This document shows, in pieces, positions 30,528 through 43,776 of a DNA stretch of 64,000 nucleotides. Each line of letters opens with the position of its first letter. Position 1 is the first letter of the stretch. The translations under genes were made by a program, and so were the position numbers. The notes beneath the pieces are model-generated. The model was not told the DNA's origin. It made no database searches and saw nothing but the letters and a program-made list of their open reading frames with translations. The stretch comes from Truepera sp. (GTDB taxonomy: Bacteria; Deinococcota; Deinococci; Deinococcales; Trueperaceae), in assembly GCA_965218435.1 (NCBI GenBank), contig CBDCKW010000009.1, positions 3,072,001 through 3,136,000 of the forward strand. The letters run 5' to 3'.

Positions 30528-30929
30528 TTGGGTATGGCCTATCCTAAAATTGACCCAGTGATGCTAAATGATGAAGATGGCTACTGGTTAGCAAGCTATA
30601 ATTGGGACACCCGAAAACTTACCGTAGTTGGCTATCACTTTTGGCCGTGTGGGTCAGACAGGATGACAAACGCCGCGCAGAAAGTCGTTTGTTTTTTACG
30701 TGCGTCAGGTTTGACTTGTGAAGGATATTGGGAAGGTTTTGTCGGCGATATGGTGTGCGACCGCTGGAACGCCGACGATGACCTGCAAGACGCCGACGGC
30801 AACCAACTAGAAGATGCCGAGGGAGTTGCGCTAGATAGACTTATAGCTGAAAACCCCAATTTTTTACAAGAGTTGCCGTGGGGCGGGTTTGTACGACTTG
30901 ATTGGTGGGATGAGAAGGAAACGTCCTAA
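30528..30929 (+). CDS. Hypothetical acidic protein
   Basis: 133-aa ORF co-oriented in the island; no recognised motif. Confidence 0.55.
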   Translation: MGMAYPKIDPVMLNDEDGYWLASYNWDTRKLTVVGYHFWPCGSDRMTNAAQKVVCFLRASGLTCEGYWEGFVGDMVCDRWNADDDLQDADGNQLEDAEGVALDRLIAENPNFLQELPWGGFVRLDWWDEKETS

Positions 30930-30982
30930 TTCAGCTACTTTCCCTGATAGTCTAAACCAGAGGTTCAAGAACAGGGGAAGCG

Positions 30983-31723
30983 ATGGCAAAAACGCAAGGC
31001 GACGCAGTTGAAGAAGTAATGCGTGCGAACAAGGGCTACGCAACGCTCGGCTATCTGTATCAGAACGCGCTTAAGATTCCTCAAGTGAAGTGGGGAACGA
31101 AAACACCTCACGAATCTATCAGGCGTATTTTACAAACAGATGTTCAAGAACGATTTTTCAAAATTGAACCGGGATTGTGGGCGCTCGAGGAATACCGCGA
31201 CAAGATTTCTTTTCTGAAAGAGGCAAACGAAGACGCACCTGAACCACAGAAAGAAAAATTTACTCACGGCTATTTTCAAGGACTGCTCATCGAGATGGGC
31301 AATCTTCAGCAGTTCACAACATACGTCCCTCCCCAAGACAAAAATCGGACATTTTTAGAAAAGTCGTTAGGTACGATTACAACAGCCCCGACACTGTATC
31401 CGTTTTCTCACGACAAGATTATCAGATTTGCAAAAACGGTTGACGTTGTTTGGTTCAACGAGCGCAACATGCCAAATGCGTTTATCGAAGTTGAACACAC
31501 TACCGACATCTACAATTCACTTAGAAAATTTGTCGAGCTACAAGATTTTTATGCAGACTTTGCCATCGTCGCACCTGAGTCTCGTAAAGAAGAGTTTGAA
31601 GATAAAAGGGACGCCACTTCATACCGTGAAATGCGCGATAGGGTCAAGTTTTGGAGCTACGAATACGTTTCCAAACGTCACACCAATCTTGCTGAATCAG
31701 CTGCACTCAACTATTCATTGTAA
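30983..31723 (+). CDS. Putative restriction endonuclease (HARE-HTH-like N-terminus plus PD-(D/E)xK-like domain)
   Basis: TKTPHESIRRILQ..FFKIEPGLWAL; catalytic-like DVVWFN..FIEVEHTTD; adjacent to an MTase remnant. Confidence 0.75.
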   Translation: MAKTQGDAVEEVMRANKGYATLGYLYQNALKIPQVKWGTKTPHESIRRILQTDVQERFFKIEPGLWALEEYRDKISFLKEANEDAPEPQKEKFTHGYFQGLLIEMGNLQQFTTYVPPQDKNRTFLEKSLGTITTAPTLYPFSHDKIIRFAKTVDVVWFNERNMPNAFIEVEHTTDIYNSLRKFVELQDFYADFAIVAPESRKEEFEDKRDATSYREMRDRVKFWSYEYVSKRHTNLAESAALNYSL

Positions 31724-31740
31724 ATACGGCGAAGAACCAG

Positions 31741-32307
31741 AACAACCTCGGTTTCGATGTCAACCCAAAAGCTGTTGACCTTACCAGCACGCGCATCTCT
31801 TTTTCTGTTGACAACGGCCCGCAGCAAAGCGCCCAGCTCGGTAACGTGCGAAACTTAGACTTGGCGGATAACTCTGTAGACCTTATCTTGACGCATCCGC
31901 CGTATGCCAACATCGTCAAGTATTCAGATGGTAAAAACCCGGCTGACCTCTCGAGCATTCCCAACTTGCCTAAGTTCTTGGACGAACTCGAGCTAGGTAT
32001 CCAAGAGATGTTCAGAGTTCTAAAGCCCAACCGGTACTGCGCCGTTCTGATTGGCGACACTCGCAAGGCACAACACTACGTGCCGCTCTCACATTTTCTT
32101 CTGCAGCGGTGCCTGAAATCCGGCTTTATCCTTAAAGAAGAGATTATTAAAGCGCAGCACAACACCAAATACGCGGGGCGCTGGAAAGGGAGTGCAGGAA
32201 TTTACGGCTTTCACCTCATCATGCACGAGCACCTGTTCATCTTCCGCAAACCGCAAGTCGGAGAAAGTCTTTCTAAAGTGCGTTACAGCACCGACTGGCA
32301 ACCCTAA
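31741..32307 (+). pseudogene. 5'-truncated amino-DNA methyltransferase (N4/N6 type)
   Basis: GFDVNP, DLILTHPPY, LIGDTR and HEHLFIFRK are present; motif I and a proper start are missing, with an in-frame stop at 31693. Confidence 0.8.
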
Positions 32308-32387
32308 AGTCACCCTTAACCTTGACGCCGCCCTCACTTACAAGCGACAATAGAGCTTCAGCGGCGTGCATTTGCTAGAGCCGCGAC

Positions 32388-32511
32388 CTCATCTCGAGCA
32401 GCAGCAGGGACCTGGCCCAAAGACGCTGCAGCAACCAGCTTTCATCTAGGCGGGTGCTCTTTCCAGCCGGTATGCTTGCGCAGGTCACGATGACCTAACC
32501 GGAAAGATGAG
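32388..32511 (+). ncRNA. SAM-I (S-box) riboswitch
   Basis: P1 CTCATC/GATGAG, AGGGAC.TGGCCC, GCAACC, GGTGCT, GGAAAGATGAG; directly upstream of metF-metH. Confidence 0.93.
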
Positions 32512-32555
32512 AAGAGCGGTTTTTCCTCTTCTGTCATCCACTTAGAGGAGAGCCG

Positions 32556-33350
32556 ATGCTTACCCCAACCCAGCACATCCCGCGTATCTCAATCGAACTT
32601 GTACCCCGGCACGCCGAGGCGTTACACGAAGACTTAGATGTGCTGGGCGAGCATTTTCCCTTTATAGATACGGTTAATATCACTGATTTGACGCGCTTTA
32701 GCCTCCGCAGCCATCAGGCGTGCAAGCTGGCGCAAACCCGTATCCGCCGCGCCATTCCGCACTTGCGCTCAGTCGGTACCAATCTGAGAGACTTAAACCC
32801 GCTACTGCACTACCTAGACGAAGCCGAGTTGCACGAGGTTTTGGTCGTCAACGGCGATTTGCCCGCCGATATGAGTCAGCCGAGCTATCCGACCTCGAGC
32901 GTCCAACTCATCCGGGCAATTAAGTCAGCACTGCCGCACGTCGAGGTGTACGCGGCTTTAGACCCCTACCGGCAGAGCTTGCTTAAAGAACGCGATTATG
33001 CGCTCGAGAAACTCGAGGCAGGCGCGAGCGGACTCTTTACCCAACCTTTTTTCGATACGAGGCTTATGCAGGTGTACCTCGAGCTGTTACCCGGCGTCAA
33101 CATCTATTGGGGCGCAACGACCATCACGAGCAAACGCTCTCTCGGTTATTGGCAAAACCGCAACCACGCGGTCTTTCCGGCGGATTTTGAACCGACGCTT
33201 ACCTGGAGCCGGACGTTTGCGCTCGAGGCGTTACAGTTCGCCCAAGAAACCCGAACGAACCTCTACTTTATGCCGATTAAAACCGGCTTGTACGACTTCC
33301 TAGAAGGTATTCTGACCGAAGACGCCTGCCGTCCGGCGGTGAGGACATGA
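32556..33350 (+). CDS. metF: Methylenetetrahydrofolate reductase family protein
   Basis: [33 protein letters not shown]; coupled to metH. Confidence 0.85.
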   Translation: MLTPTQHIPRISIELVPRHAEALHEDLDVLGEHFPFIDTVNITDLTRFSLRSHQACKLAQTRIRRAIPHLRSVGTNLRDLNPLLHYLDEAELHEVLVVNGDLPADMSQPSYPTSSVQLIRAIKSALPHVEVYAALDPYRQSLLKERDYALEKLEAGASGLFTQPFFDTRLMQVYLELLPGVNIYWGATTITSKRSLGYWQNRNHAVFPADFEPTLTWSRTFALEALQFAQETRTNLYFMPIKTGLYDFLEGILTEDACRPAVRT

Positions 33351-36300
33351 CCAAAAAAGAAAAAGCCTCAGCTCAGCTTTTACGGGACGCGCTTAAAAAA
33401 CGCGTTTTAGTCCTCGACGGTGCGATGGGCACGATGATTCAGCGGCACGAGCTGTCCGAAGCGGACTTTCGCGGTGAACGGTTCGCTGAACACCCGTCAC
33501 CACTTCAGGGCGCGAACGATATTTTGACCCTAACGCAGCCGCAGCTTATCGAAGAAATTCACCGCGAATACTTCGCTGCCGGAGCCGACATCGTTGAGAC
33601 CAACACCTTTAGCTCGACCACGGTCGGCATGGCTGAATACGGTGTGGACGACGCGATTTATGAGCTGAACGTCGAGGCTGCCCGACTCGCCCGCCGCGCC
33701 GCCGACGCTTTCTCGACACCCGAAAAACCCCGTTTTGTCGCCGGTGCTGTCGGCCCGACGAACCGCACCGCGAGCATGTCACCGGATGTGAACGATCCGG
33801 CCTTTCGCGCGATAGATTTTGACGCGCTCGTCACGTCATACAGCGAGCAGATACGCGGGCTTTTAGACGGCGGCGTAGACACGTTGCTGATTGAAACCGT
33901 GTTCGACACGCTCAACTGTAAAGCGGCACTGTTCGCTGCCGAGTCGGTGTTTGACGAAGTGGGCTTCAAAGTGCCGCTGATGGTTTCAGGCACGATCACC
34001 GATGCGAGCGGGCGGACGCTTTCGGGCCAGACCTTAGCCGCATTTTTAATCTCGGTGTCGCACGTGGACTTGCTTTCGGTCGGGCTCAACTGCGCGCTCG
34101 GCCCGGCTGAGCTGCGGGCGTATGTTGAAGAATTATCCGGCATCACCCACTTTTATACGAGTGCCTACCCGAACGCAGGCTTGCCGAACGCCTTTGGTGG
34201 TTACGACGAAACGCCCGAGTCTATGCTCGAGGTCATGGCAGGCTGGCTCGAGGGGGGCTGGGTCAATATCCTGGGCGGCTGCTGCGGCACGACGCCGGAG
34301 CACATCAAGGTCTTTGCCGAGGCTGCCGCAAGGACTGCACCGCGTGTCCCGCCTGAAGTACCCGCATATCCAAAGTTCTCCGGGCTCGAGCCCCTCATCA
34401 TCCGGCCTGAAACGAACTTCGTCAACGTCGGTGAACGCACCAATGTTACGGGCTCGAAGAAGTTTTTACGGCTCATCAAAGAAGAACGCTTTGACGCCGC
34501 CTTAGCGGTGGCCAGGGACCAAGTTGAGGGCGGCGCGCAGATTATCGACATCAACATGGACGAGGCGATGTTAGACGCCGAAGCCTCGATGACGACGTTC
34601 CTAAACCTCGTCGCCGCCGAGCCCGACATCGCCCGCGTGCCGATTATGCTCGACTCGTCGAAGTTTACGGTACTCGAGTCCGGTCTGAAACGGGTGCAGG
34701 GCAAAGCCATCGTCAACTCGGTTTCGCTGAAAGAGGGTGAAGAAACCTTCCGCAAACACGCGCAGCTCGTCCGGCGTTACGGGGCGGCGGCGATTGTCAT
34801 GGCCTTTGATGAAAACGGTCAGGCCGATACCTATGAGCGGCGTATCAAGATTTGCAGACGGGCGTACCGCATCTTGGTAGATGAAGTCGGTTTTGCCCCC
34901 GAAGACATCATTTTCGACCCGAATATCTTTCCGGTCGCAACCGGCATTGACGAGCACAACAACTACGCGGTGGATTTTTTTGCGGCGACGCACTGGATTA
35001 AAGAGAACTTACCGGGGGCGCTCGTCTCGGGCGGCGTGTCGAACGTGTCGTTTTCGTTTCGGGGTAATAATCCGGTCCGTGAGGCGATGCACGCGGTGTT
35101 TTTGTACCACGCGCGGCAGGCCGGGATGGATATGGGCATCGTCAACCCGGCGATGTTGGAGATTTACGAAGACATCCCGAAAGATTTGCTTACGCACGTT
35201 GAAGATGTGATTCTGAACCGCCGTAACGACGCGACCGAACGGCTTTTAAGTTTCGCTGAAGGGGTCAAATCGGGCGGTAAAAAGAGCGTCAAAGACGAGG
35301 CGTGGCGAGCGGAAGGGGTGGAAAAGCGGCTCGAGCACGCCCTCGTTCGGGGGATTACCGACTTCATTGAAGCCGACACCGAAGAGGCGCGGCAGACATT
35401 ACAGAGTCCGCTTGCCGTTATCGAAGGCCCGCTGATGGACGGCATGAACGTCGTCGGTGACCTGTTCGGCAGCGGCAAGATGTTCTTGCCGCAAGTGGTC
35501 AAGTCGGCTCGAGTGATGAAGCGGGCGGTGGCGTATCTGGAGCCGTACTTAGAGGCTGAAAAGCTGGCGTCGGGCGCGTCAGAGCGTAAAAGTGCCGGAA
35601 AAATCCTTTTAGCTACCGTAAAAGGCGACGTTCACGACATCGGCAAAAACATCGTCGGGGTGGTGCTAGCGTGTAACGGCTTTGAGATTTTAGATTTGGG
35701 CGTAATGGTGCCGACGGAAAAGATTTTAGACACCGCTGAGCGCGAGGGCGTGGACGTTATCGGGCTTTCGGGGCTGATTACACCGTCTTTAGACGAGATG
35801 GTCTCTGTGGCGAAAGAACTCGAGCGCCGCAACCTCCGCACGCCTCTCTTAATCGGCGGGGCGACGACGAGCCGGGTGCATACCGCCGTAAAAATTGCGC
35901 CGCAGTACAGCGGGCTGGCGGTTCATGTTTTGGACGCGTCGCGGAGCGTCGGGATTGCAGCACGGGCCGTGAGTGATAGGGACAGGCCGGGGCTCGAGGC
36001 CGAAACCCAAACCTTGTACGACGAGGTACGCAAAAACTTTGCGGGAAGGCAGGTTTCAAAACAGCTCATCAGCTTGGACGAGGCACGGAAAAATGCGCCG
36101 AAGCTCGAGTTTGAAGCCGTGACTAAACCGAGCTTTTTAGGCACGAAAGTGTTAGACGATTATCCGTTAAATGAGCTTGTTGCCAAAATCGACTGGACGC
36201 CGTTTTTTCTCACCTGGGAGCTTTCCGGTCGCTACCCGAACATCTTGCAAGACGAAATCGTAGGTGAAGTCGCCACGAAGCTCTTTGAAGATGCGCAGGA

Positions 36301-37087
36301 GCTTTTAGTGCGTATTGTCAGCGAAAAACGGTTTACGGCGCGGGCGACGTTTGGCTTTTTTCCGGCGGCGCGGGTCGGCGATGACCTCGAGCTCTACACC
36401 GACGATACCCGTCAAACCGTTCGTACGCGGCTTCACACCTTGCGGCAACAAAATGCCAAACGCGCCGGTCAACCCAACTATGCGTTGGCCGATTTCGTCG
36501 CGGCTAAAGACTCCGGCACAGAAAATAAAGTGCAAGATTACGTCGGCGGCTTTGCAGTGTCTATTCACGGTGCAGACGAATTCGCCCATGAGTTTGAAGC
36601 CGTACACGACGACTACAACGCCATTTTGGTCAAAGCCTTAGCCGACCGCCTCGCTGAAGCGTTTGCCGAACGGCTGCATGAACGCGTCCGTCAAGAGTTC
36701 TGGGGATACGCGCCGGACGAGCAACTCTCGAACGACGAGCTGATCCGCGAACGTTATCAGGGCATTCGCCCTGCGCCCGGCTATCCGGCCTCGCCCGACC
36801 ACACCGAAAAACGCACGCTGTTTGAGCTGTTAGACGCGGAGAAAACCGCGGGCATCACCCTCACCGAAAGCTACGCGATGTACCCCGGTGCGGCGGTCTC
36901 GGGCTTCTACTTTGCACATTCTGAAGCGCGGTACTTTGGTGTCGGTAAGATTTCCAAAGACCAAGTAGAGGATTACGCCGCCCGTAAAGGGATGACGCTC
37001 TCGGAGGCCGAGCGGTGGCTCGCGCCAAATCTAGGGTATGAGCCGCAGACAGAGGCTGTGGGGAAGGTGCTCGAGCCTGCGAACTAG
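33347..37087 (+). CDS. metH: Cobalamin-dependent methionine synthase
   Basis: [38 protein letters not shown]. Confidence 0.98.
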   Translation: MTKKEKASAQLLRDALKKRVLVLDGAMGTMIQRHELSEADFRGERFAEHPSPLQGANDILTLTQPQLIEEIHREYFAAGADIVETNTFSSTTVGMAEYGVDDAIYELNVEAARLARRAADAFSTPEKPRFVAGAVGPTNRTASMSPDVNDPAFRAIDFDALVTSYSEQIRGLLDGGVDTLLIETVFDTLNCKAALFAAESVFDEVGFKVPLMVSGTITDASGRTLSGQTLAAFLISVSHVDLLSVGLNCALGPAELRAYVEELSGITHFYTSAYPNAGLPNAFGGYDETPESMLEVMAGWLEGGWVNILGGCCGTTPEHIKVFAEAAARTAPRVPPEVPAYPKFSGLEPLIIRPETNFVNVGERTNVTGSKKFLRLIKEERFDAALAVARDQVEGGAQIIDINMDEAMLDAEASMTTFLNLVAAEPDIARVPIMLDSSKFTVLESGLKRVQGKAIVNSVSLKEGEETFRKHAQLVRRYGAAAIVMAFDENGQADTYERRIKICRRAYRILVDEVGFAPEDIIFDPNIFPVATGIDEHNNYAVDFFAATHWIKENLPGALVSGGVSNVSFSFRGNNPVREAMHAVFLYHARQAGMDMGIVNPAMLEIYEDIPKDLLTHVEDVILNRRNDATERLLSFAEGVKSGGKKSVKDEAWRAEGVEKRLEHALVRGITDFIEADTEEARQTLQSPLAVIEGPLMDGMNVVGDLFGSGKMFLPQVVKSARVMKRAVAYLEPYLEAEKLASGASERKSAGKILLATVKGDVHDIGKNIVGVVLACNGFEILDLGVMVPTEKILDTAEREGVDVIGLSGLITPSLDEMVSVAKELERRNLRTPLLIGGATTSRVHTAVKIAPQYSGLAVHVLDASRSVGIAARAVSDRDRPGLEAETQTLYDEVRKNFAGRQVSKQLISLDEARKNAPKLEFEAVTKPSFLGTKVLDDYPLNELVAKIDWTPFFLTWELSGRYPNILQDEIVGEVATKLFEDAQELLVRIVSEKRFTARATFGFFPAARVGDDLELYTDDTRQTVRTRLHTLRQQNAKRAGQPNYALADFVAAKDSGTENKVQDYVGGFAVSIHGADEFAHEFEAVHDDYNAILVKALADRLAEAFAERLHERVRQEFWGYAPDEQLSNDELIRERYQGIRPAPGYPASPDHTEKRTLFELLDAEKTAGITLTESYAMYPGAAVSGFYFAHSEARYFGVGKISKDQVEDYAARKGMTLSEAERWLAPNLGYEPQTEAVGKVLEPAN

Positions 37088-37152
37088 ATCAAATGCTTTG
37101 ACATGCTGACATCTAACTGGTTGTGATTCTTAAAAACTTGCGAGTTTCATGT

Positions 37153-38445
37153 CTAATCCCCCTTACGCCTCCGCGCCTGCCGCTGCCGCTCGACCTGCAC
37201 CACCGCAGCCCGTCCCAAGCGCCGCCCTAGCTGACGGGGGCTCGAGGCCGACAGCCGCCATATCGCCAAAAAAGCAGCGAGGGCAAAGAGGCTGCTGGTC
37301 ACGATAAAAAGGATGCGGTACTCGAAATGAATCAGCCCGAACGCCTGCATGGCCGCAACAAGTCCCGCCCCGACGAGCGGCGCGACCGTCCGCGAGGACG
37401 AGATGATGGCGTTCTCGAGGCCGTACACCGAACCCTCCTGACCCGCACGGGTGTTTTTGGCGAGCAGCGCCGCAACCGCCGGGGTCAGGCCACCGACCGC
37501 GATACCGGCAAGCGCCTGTAATGTAAGAAGCTGCCAGACTTGTGTGACGAAACTCTGGGGCAGGTAGCAAAAGGTCGCGGCTACCGTACAGACGATGACG
37601 ATGAGCCGGTGCCCGATGCGGTCGCCGAGACGCCCGATATAGATGGCGCTTAGCGTACCCGTTGCCGCAGCGATCCCCACGACTAACCCGATGGTGGTAT
37701 TGACCCTCGCTTCAGCGAGCGGCAAGGTCGCAATAAAAAGGGGCAGAATCGGCGTGAGCATGTTGCGCCCGAGCCAGTTGAGAAACGCGAGACCGTAGAG
37801 CGTCTTGACCTGAGGCGCTCTGAGGATGTCGCCCCAACTGCTTAGAATGCTGGGCGTCTTTTTGCCCGCTTCGGGTCTGACGAAGTTCTCCCGCACCCCA
37901 AACGTCACAAGGAAACCCGAAAGGGCGAGCAGCACGGCGGTCACGATGAACGTGCCTCGAAACCCGATGGCGTCAGCTAAAATGCCGCCGATAAACGGGC
38001 CGACCGCGACGCCACTGCCGAGCCCGAGTTGCAACAAGCCCATCGCGTAGCCTACGCGGTCCCTGGGCACCGACGACGCGACCAGCGCGTTCCCGGCCGA
38101 GACCGTACCGGTTAAAAAGCCTTGCAGCGCCCGGAGCAGCACCAGCGCCTCGGCGTTGGGCACAAACGCCATCAGCGCGAGCGTAATCGCGCCGCTGTAC
38201 GCCGCCCGTTCGACCATCGGTTTACGACCGTAGCGGTCTGAAACTGCGCCCCAGATCGGTGAAGCAATCGTCATCGTCAGTGCTTGCGCCGAGAAAACGA
38301 GGGCCGCTAGCAGCGTCAAGCTCATTCCGGTCGCCGACCCTAAAGACTCGACGTAGCGCGGCAAAAACGGAAAGATTAGGGAAAACCCAACTGATGACAT
38401 CAGCTGCGCAAAAATCATGATGTACAGGGTGCGCTGCCACGGCAT
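37153..38445 (-). CDS. MFS transporter (MdtG/DHA1-like)
   Basis: WGAVSDRYGRK, GRLGDRIGHR; start moved to ATG 38445, 7 nt after TATGCT. Confidence 0.92.
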   Translation of the reverse strand: MPWQRTLYIMIFAQLMSSVGFSLIFPFLPRYVESLGSATGMSLTLLAALVFSAQALTMTIASPIWGAVSDRYGRKPMVERAAYSGAITLALMAFVPNAEALVLLRALQGFLTGTVSAGNALVASSVPRDRVGYAMGLLQLGLGSGVAVGPFIGGILADAIGFRGTFIVTAVLLALSGFLVTFGVRENFVRPEAGKKTPSILSSWGDILRAPQVKTLYGLAFLNWLGRNMLTPILPLFIATLPLAEARVNTTIGLVVGIAAATGTLSAIYIGRLGDRIGHRLIVIVCTVAATFCYLPQSFVTQVWQLLTLQALAGIAVGGLTPAVAALLAKNTRAGQEGSVYGLENAIISSSRTVAPLVGAGLVAAMQAFGLIHFEYRILFIVTSSLFALAAFLAIWRLSASSPRQLGRRLGRAAVVQVERQRQARRRKGD

Positions 38446-38570
38446 AGCCCTGAGCATAACGCGAAGCTCGGGAGCTCATGTAGCCTGCCCTAGTCAAGCG
38501 CCGCAAAACTCCCTCGCGAGGTAATACAGAAAACGTAGTATGGAGCTGAGACGAGCCTAGACTCTGGGGT

Positions 38571-39602
38571 ATGACCCACACAGATATTCCCGTAGATATT
38601 CCCCTTTCGGTGCTCGAGCTCTCTCCCGTTGCCGCCGGGATGACGAGTTCGGCGGCGCTACACAACACCCTCGATTTAGCGCGTCACGCCGAACGCTTGG
38701 GCTTTCACCGCTTCTGGCTTGCCGAGCACCACAATATGCCCGGTATCGCCTCAGCTGTTCCCGAAATCCTCATTGGGCAGATTGCCAGTGTGACCAAAAC
38801 GCTGCGCGTCGGTTCAGGTGGCGTCATGCTGCCGAACCACTCCGCGCTACACGTTGCCGAGACGTTTAAGACGCTCGAGGCGCTCTATCCCGGCCGTATT
38901 GACTTAGGCATCGGCCGCGCCCCCGGTTCCGACGGGCTGACCGCTTTGGCCCTGCGCCGTAGCCGCGAAGCCCTACACGCCGACGACTTTGACGAGCAAC
39001 TCGGTGAACTGTTCGCTTTCGGTCAGGGTGACTTCCCGGCAAACCATCCGTTTAACCGGGTTCAGGCTGTGCCGACTGATGTGCCGCTGCCGCCTGTTTA
39101 TCTGCTGGGCTCTTCGGACTACAGCGCACGTTTGGCCGGACAGCTCGGCCTCGGGTTTGCTTTTGCCTATCACTTTAGCCCCTACGCGCTGCTGCCCGCA
39201 CTTGAGGCTTACCGTAACGCTTTCACCCCAGGGGCATTGGAAAAACCACACGTCATCGTTACCGCGTCAGTCTTTTGTGCCCCAACCGACGAAGAAGCGC
39301 AGTTTTTAGCCGGACCGATGCAGCTGACCTTCCTCAAACTCCGCAGCGGTGAACCTATCCAGTTGCCTTCACCAGAAGAGGCTGGGGACCATCCCTACAC
39401 GCCGCAAGAGCAGGCAGCGCTCGAGCAAATCCGCGCCATGCAAATTGTCGGCAGTTCCAGCACGGTGCGTAAACAGCTAAACGAATTGCTTAGCAAAACT
39501 CAGGCCAACGAGCTGATGCTTACCACGATGATGTACAGCCACAGCGATAGATTGCGTTCGTTTGAGTTAGTAGCTGAAGCTCTGCGGGGCGTTGCCGCTT
39601 AA
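38571..39602 (+). CDS. LLM-class flavin-dependent oxidoreductase (luciferase-like)
   Basis: RFWLAEHHN, GSGGVMLPNH, IDLGIGRAPG. Confidence 0.94.
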   Translation: MTHTDIPVDIPLSVLELSPVAAGMTSSAALHNTLDLARHAERLGFHRFWLAEHHNMPGIASAVPEILIGQIASVTKTLRVGSGGVMLPNHSALHVAETFKTLEALYPGRIDLGIGRAPGSDGLTALALRRSREALHADDFDEQLGELFAFGQGDFPANHPFNRVQAVPTDVPLPPVYLLGSSDYSARLAGQLGLGFAFAYHFSPYALLPALEAYRNAFTPGALEKPHVIVTASVFCAPTDEEAQFLAGPMQLTFLKLRSGEPIQLPSPEEAGDHPYTPQEQAALEQIRAMQIVGSSSTVRKQLNELLSKTQANELMLTTMMYSHSDRLRSFELVAEALRGVAA

Positions 39603-39667
39603 AAAATCCCATGCTACTTCAATCTCGCTTTAGACGAAGGCACAATCTTGTATACGCGCAGAGCACT

Positions 39668-39700
39668 AAAAAAGAGGAACCCTTTGATGCGAGTTCCTCT
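39668..39700 (-). terminator. Terminator of the rRNA/tRNA operon
   Basis: agaggaac/gttcctct stem followed by a T-run on the minus strand. Confidence 0.8.
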
Positions 39701-39716
39701 GCCAGACTATTTTTGT

Positions 39717-39792
<76 letters not shown>

Positions 39793-39850
39793 GAGATAGG
39801 TATCATCTGTCAGCAAGCACTCTAAGCTTATAGATGATGCCTTCCAGCTA

Positions 39851-39886
39851 GAAATAAGAGGCGCTACCCGAAGGGCAGCACCTCTT
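39851..39886 (-). terminator. Terminator-like hairpin between 5S and tRNA-Gly
   Basis: aagaggtgctgccc-ttcg-ggtagcgcctctt then atttc. Confidence 0.6.
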
Positions 39887-39898
39887 GATTAAAATAAA

Positions 39899-40018
39899 TT
39901 CCTCGCACCGACCTACTTTTGCAGGGGGCTGCCCCCCAACTATCATCAGCGCTGGCGTGCTTAACTTCCGAGTTCGAGATGGGATCGGGTGGGTCCACGC
40001 CGCTAAAAGCACGAAGAA
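39899..40018 (-). rRNA. rrf: 5S rRNA
   Basis: CACCCGATCCCATCTCGAACTCGGAAGTTAAGC..AGTAGGTCG; ends approximate. Confidence 0.96.
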
Positions 40019-40068
40019 AAAAATAGTAACAAGCCGAACAAGTGTGAATGAAGATGAGTCCAAATTAG

Positions 40069-42993
<2,925 letters not shown>

Positions 42994-43138
42994 CTAAAGT
43001 TATTGGTACTTAAGACGCGCTTACAATTCGTAGCTAAAAACTGTCGTTAGAAACCACGTTTTGCTTACGCTTTTAGATGCTCATTCACACTTATTCGCTT
43101 GTCATTGTTCGCGCCAGCCCTTTCGGGCGGCAAAAAGA

Positions 43139-43168
43139 AGTTTATAGCTAAAAGCCAAGTCGTGTCAA
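43139..43168 (-). promoter_or_regulatory. Promoter of the 23S-5S-tRNA operon
   Basis: TTGACA-18-TAAACT about 150 nt upstream of 23S; no 16S upstream. Confidence 0.8.
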
Positions 43169-43256
43169 CCCCCTGCGTACCAAAACCTCCACTTCATCTT
43201 TTGATAAGACCATTTAGAGTGTGCTAAACGAGTTTTCTACGTTTTAGGATGTGTTC

Positions 43257-43395
43257 GGAACCTCGGTAGCGGAGCGCGGAGGCCGGGAAGAGATGGGTGG
43301 AGTGGCCTCGAGCTAAGGGGACTACGGAGCGTAAGCGCGGCGGAGGTTCAGGTCATCTCTTTGAAGACCACGTTGCGACTATGCCGGTAAACGGC
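43257..43395 (+). ncRNA. Candidate structured leader RNA of the ddrH-like gene (family not recognised)
   Basis: Nested stems GAACCTC/GAGGTTC, GAGGCC/GGCCTC and GGTC/GACC; complementary loops AAGAGAT/ATCTCTT; TAGGAT -10 box just upstream. Confidence 0.5.
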
Positions 43396-43515
43396 TGCCG
43401 GTAAACTTGAGGGGTAAGTAGCAGAATCTGAACGTCAATTTAGCTGAGCAAGAAGTGCGCAGTGAAGAACGTGCAAAAGATATAACATGCAAAAGATATT
43501 AGGAGCAAAACAGCG

Positions 43516-43764
43516 ATGAGTGAGATGATCGAAACCTTTTTAGCCCAGATGCGTGAACAACACGGCGACGAGATTGCCGCCGTTGAATTACCCGAAGGTA
43601 CAGAAGCTTATATCGCGGCGCGGATAGCCGCGGGCGACGGTGAGACCCTGGCATTTATGCTCAAGCTGGCGTATTTGATGGGACTTAATACGGGTTACGC
43701 AGCACACGAAGCGGCGCAGCAAGAGGAGCCGACTGCAAAAGCTTCAGGACCGCTCCAAGCTTGA
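43516..43764 (+). CDS. ddrH: DdrH-like DNA damage response protein
   Basis: LPEG..GDGETLAFMLKLAYLMG..GYAA resembles Deinococcus DdrH (recalled, not searched); SD aggag. Confidence 0.7.
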   Translation: MSEMIETFLAQMREQHGDEIAAVELPEGTEAYIAARIAAGDGETLAFMLKLAYLMGLNTGYAAHEAAQQEEPTAKASGPLQA

Positions 43765-43776
43765 GGTGCGCTGCTC

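Noticed and set aside
43312..43370. yybP-ykoY Mn riboswitch, suggested by AAGGGGACUAC
   Set aside because: The rest of the consensus and the four-way junction are not evident, and the downstream gene is not a transporter.
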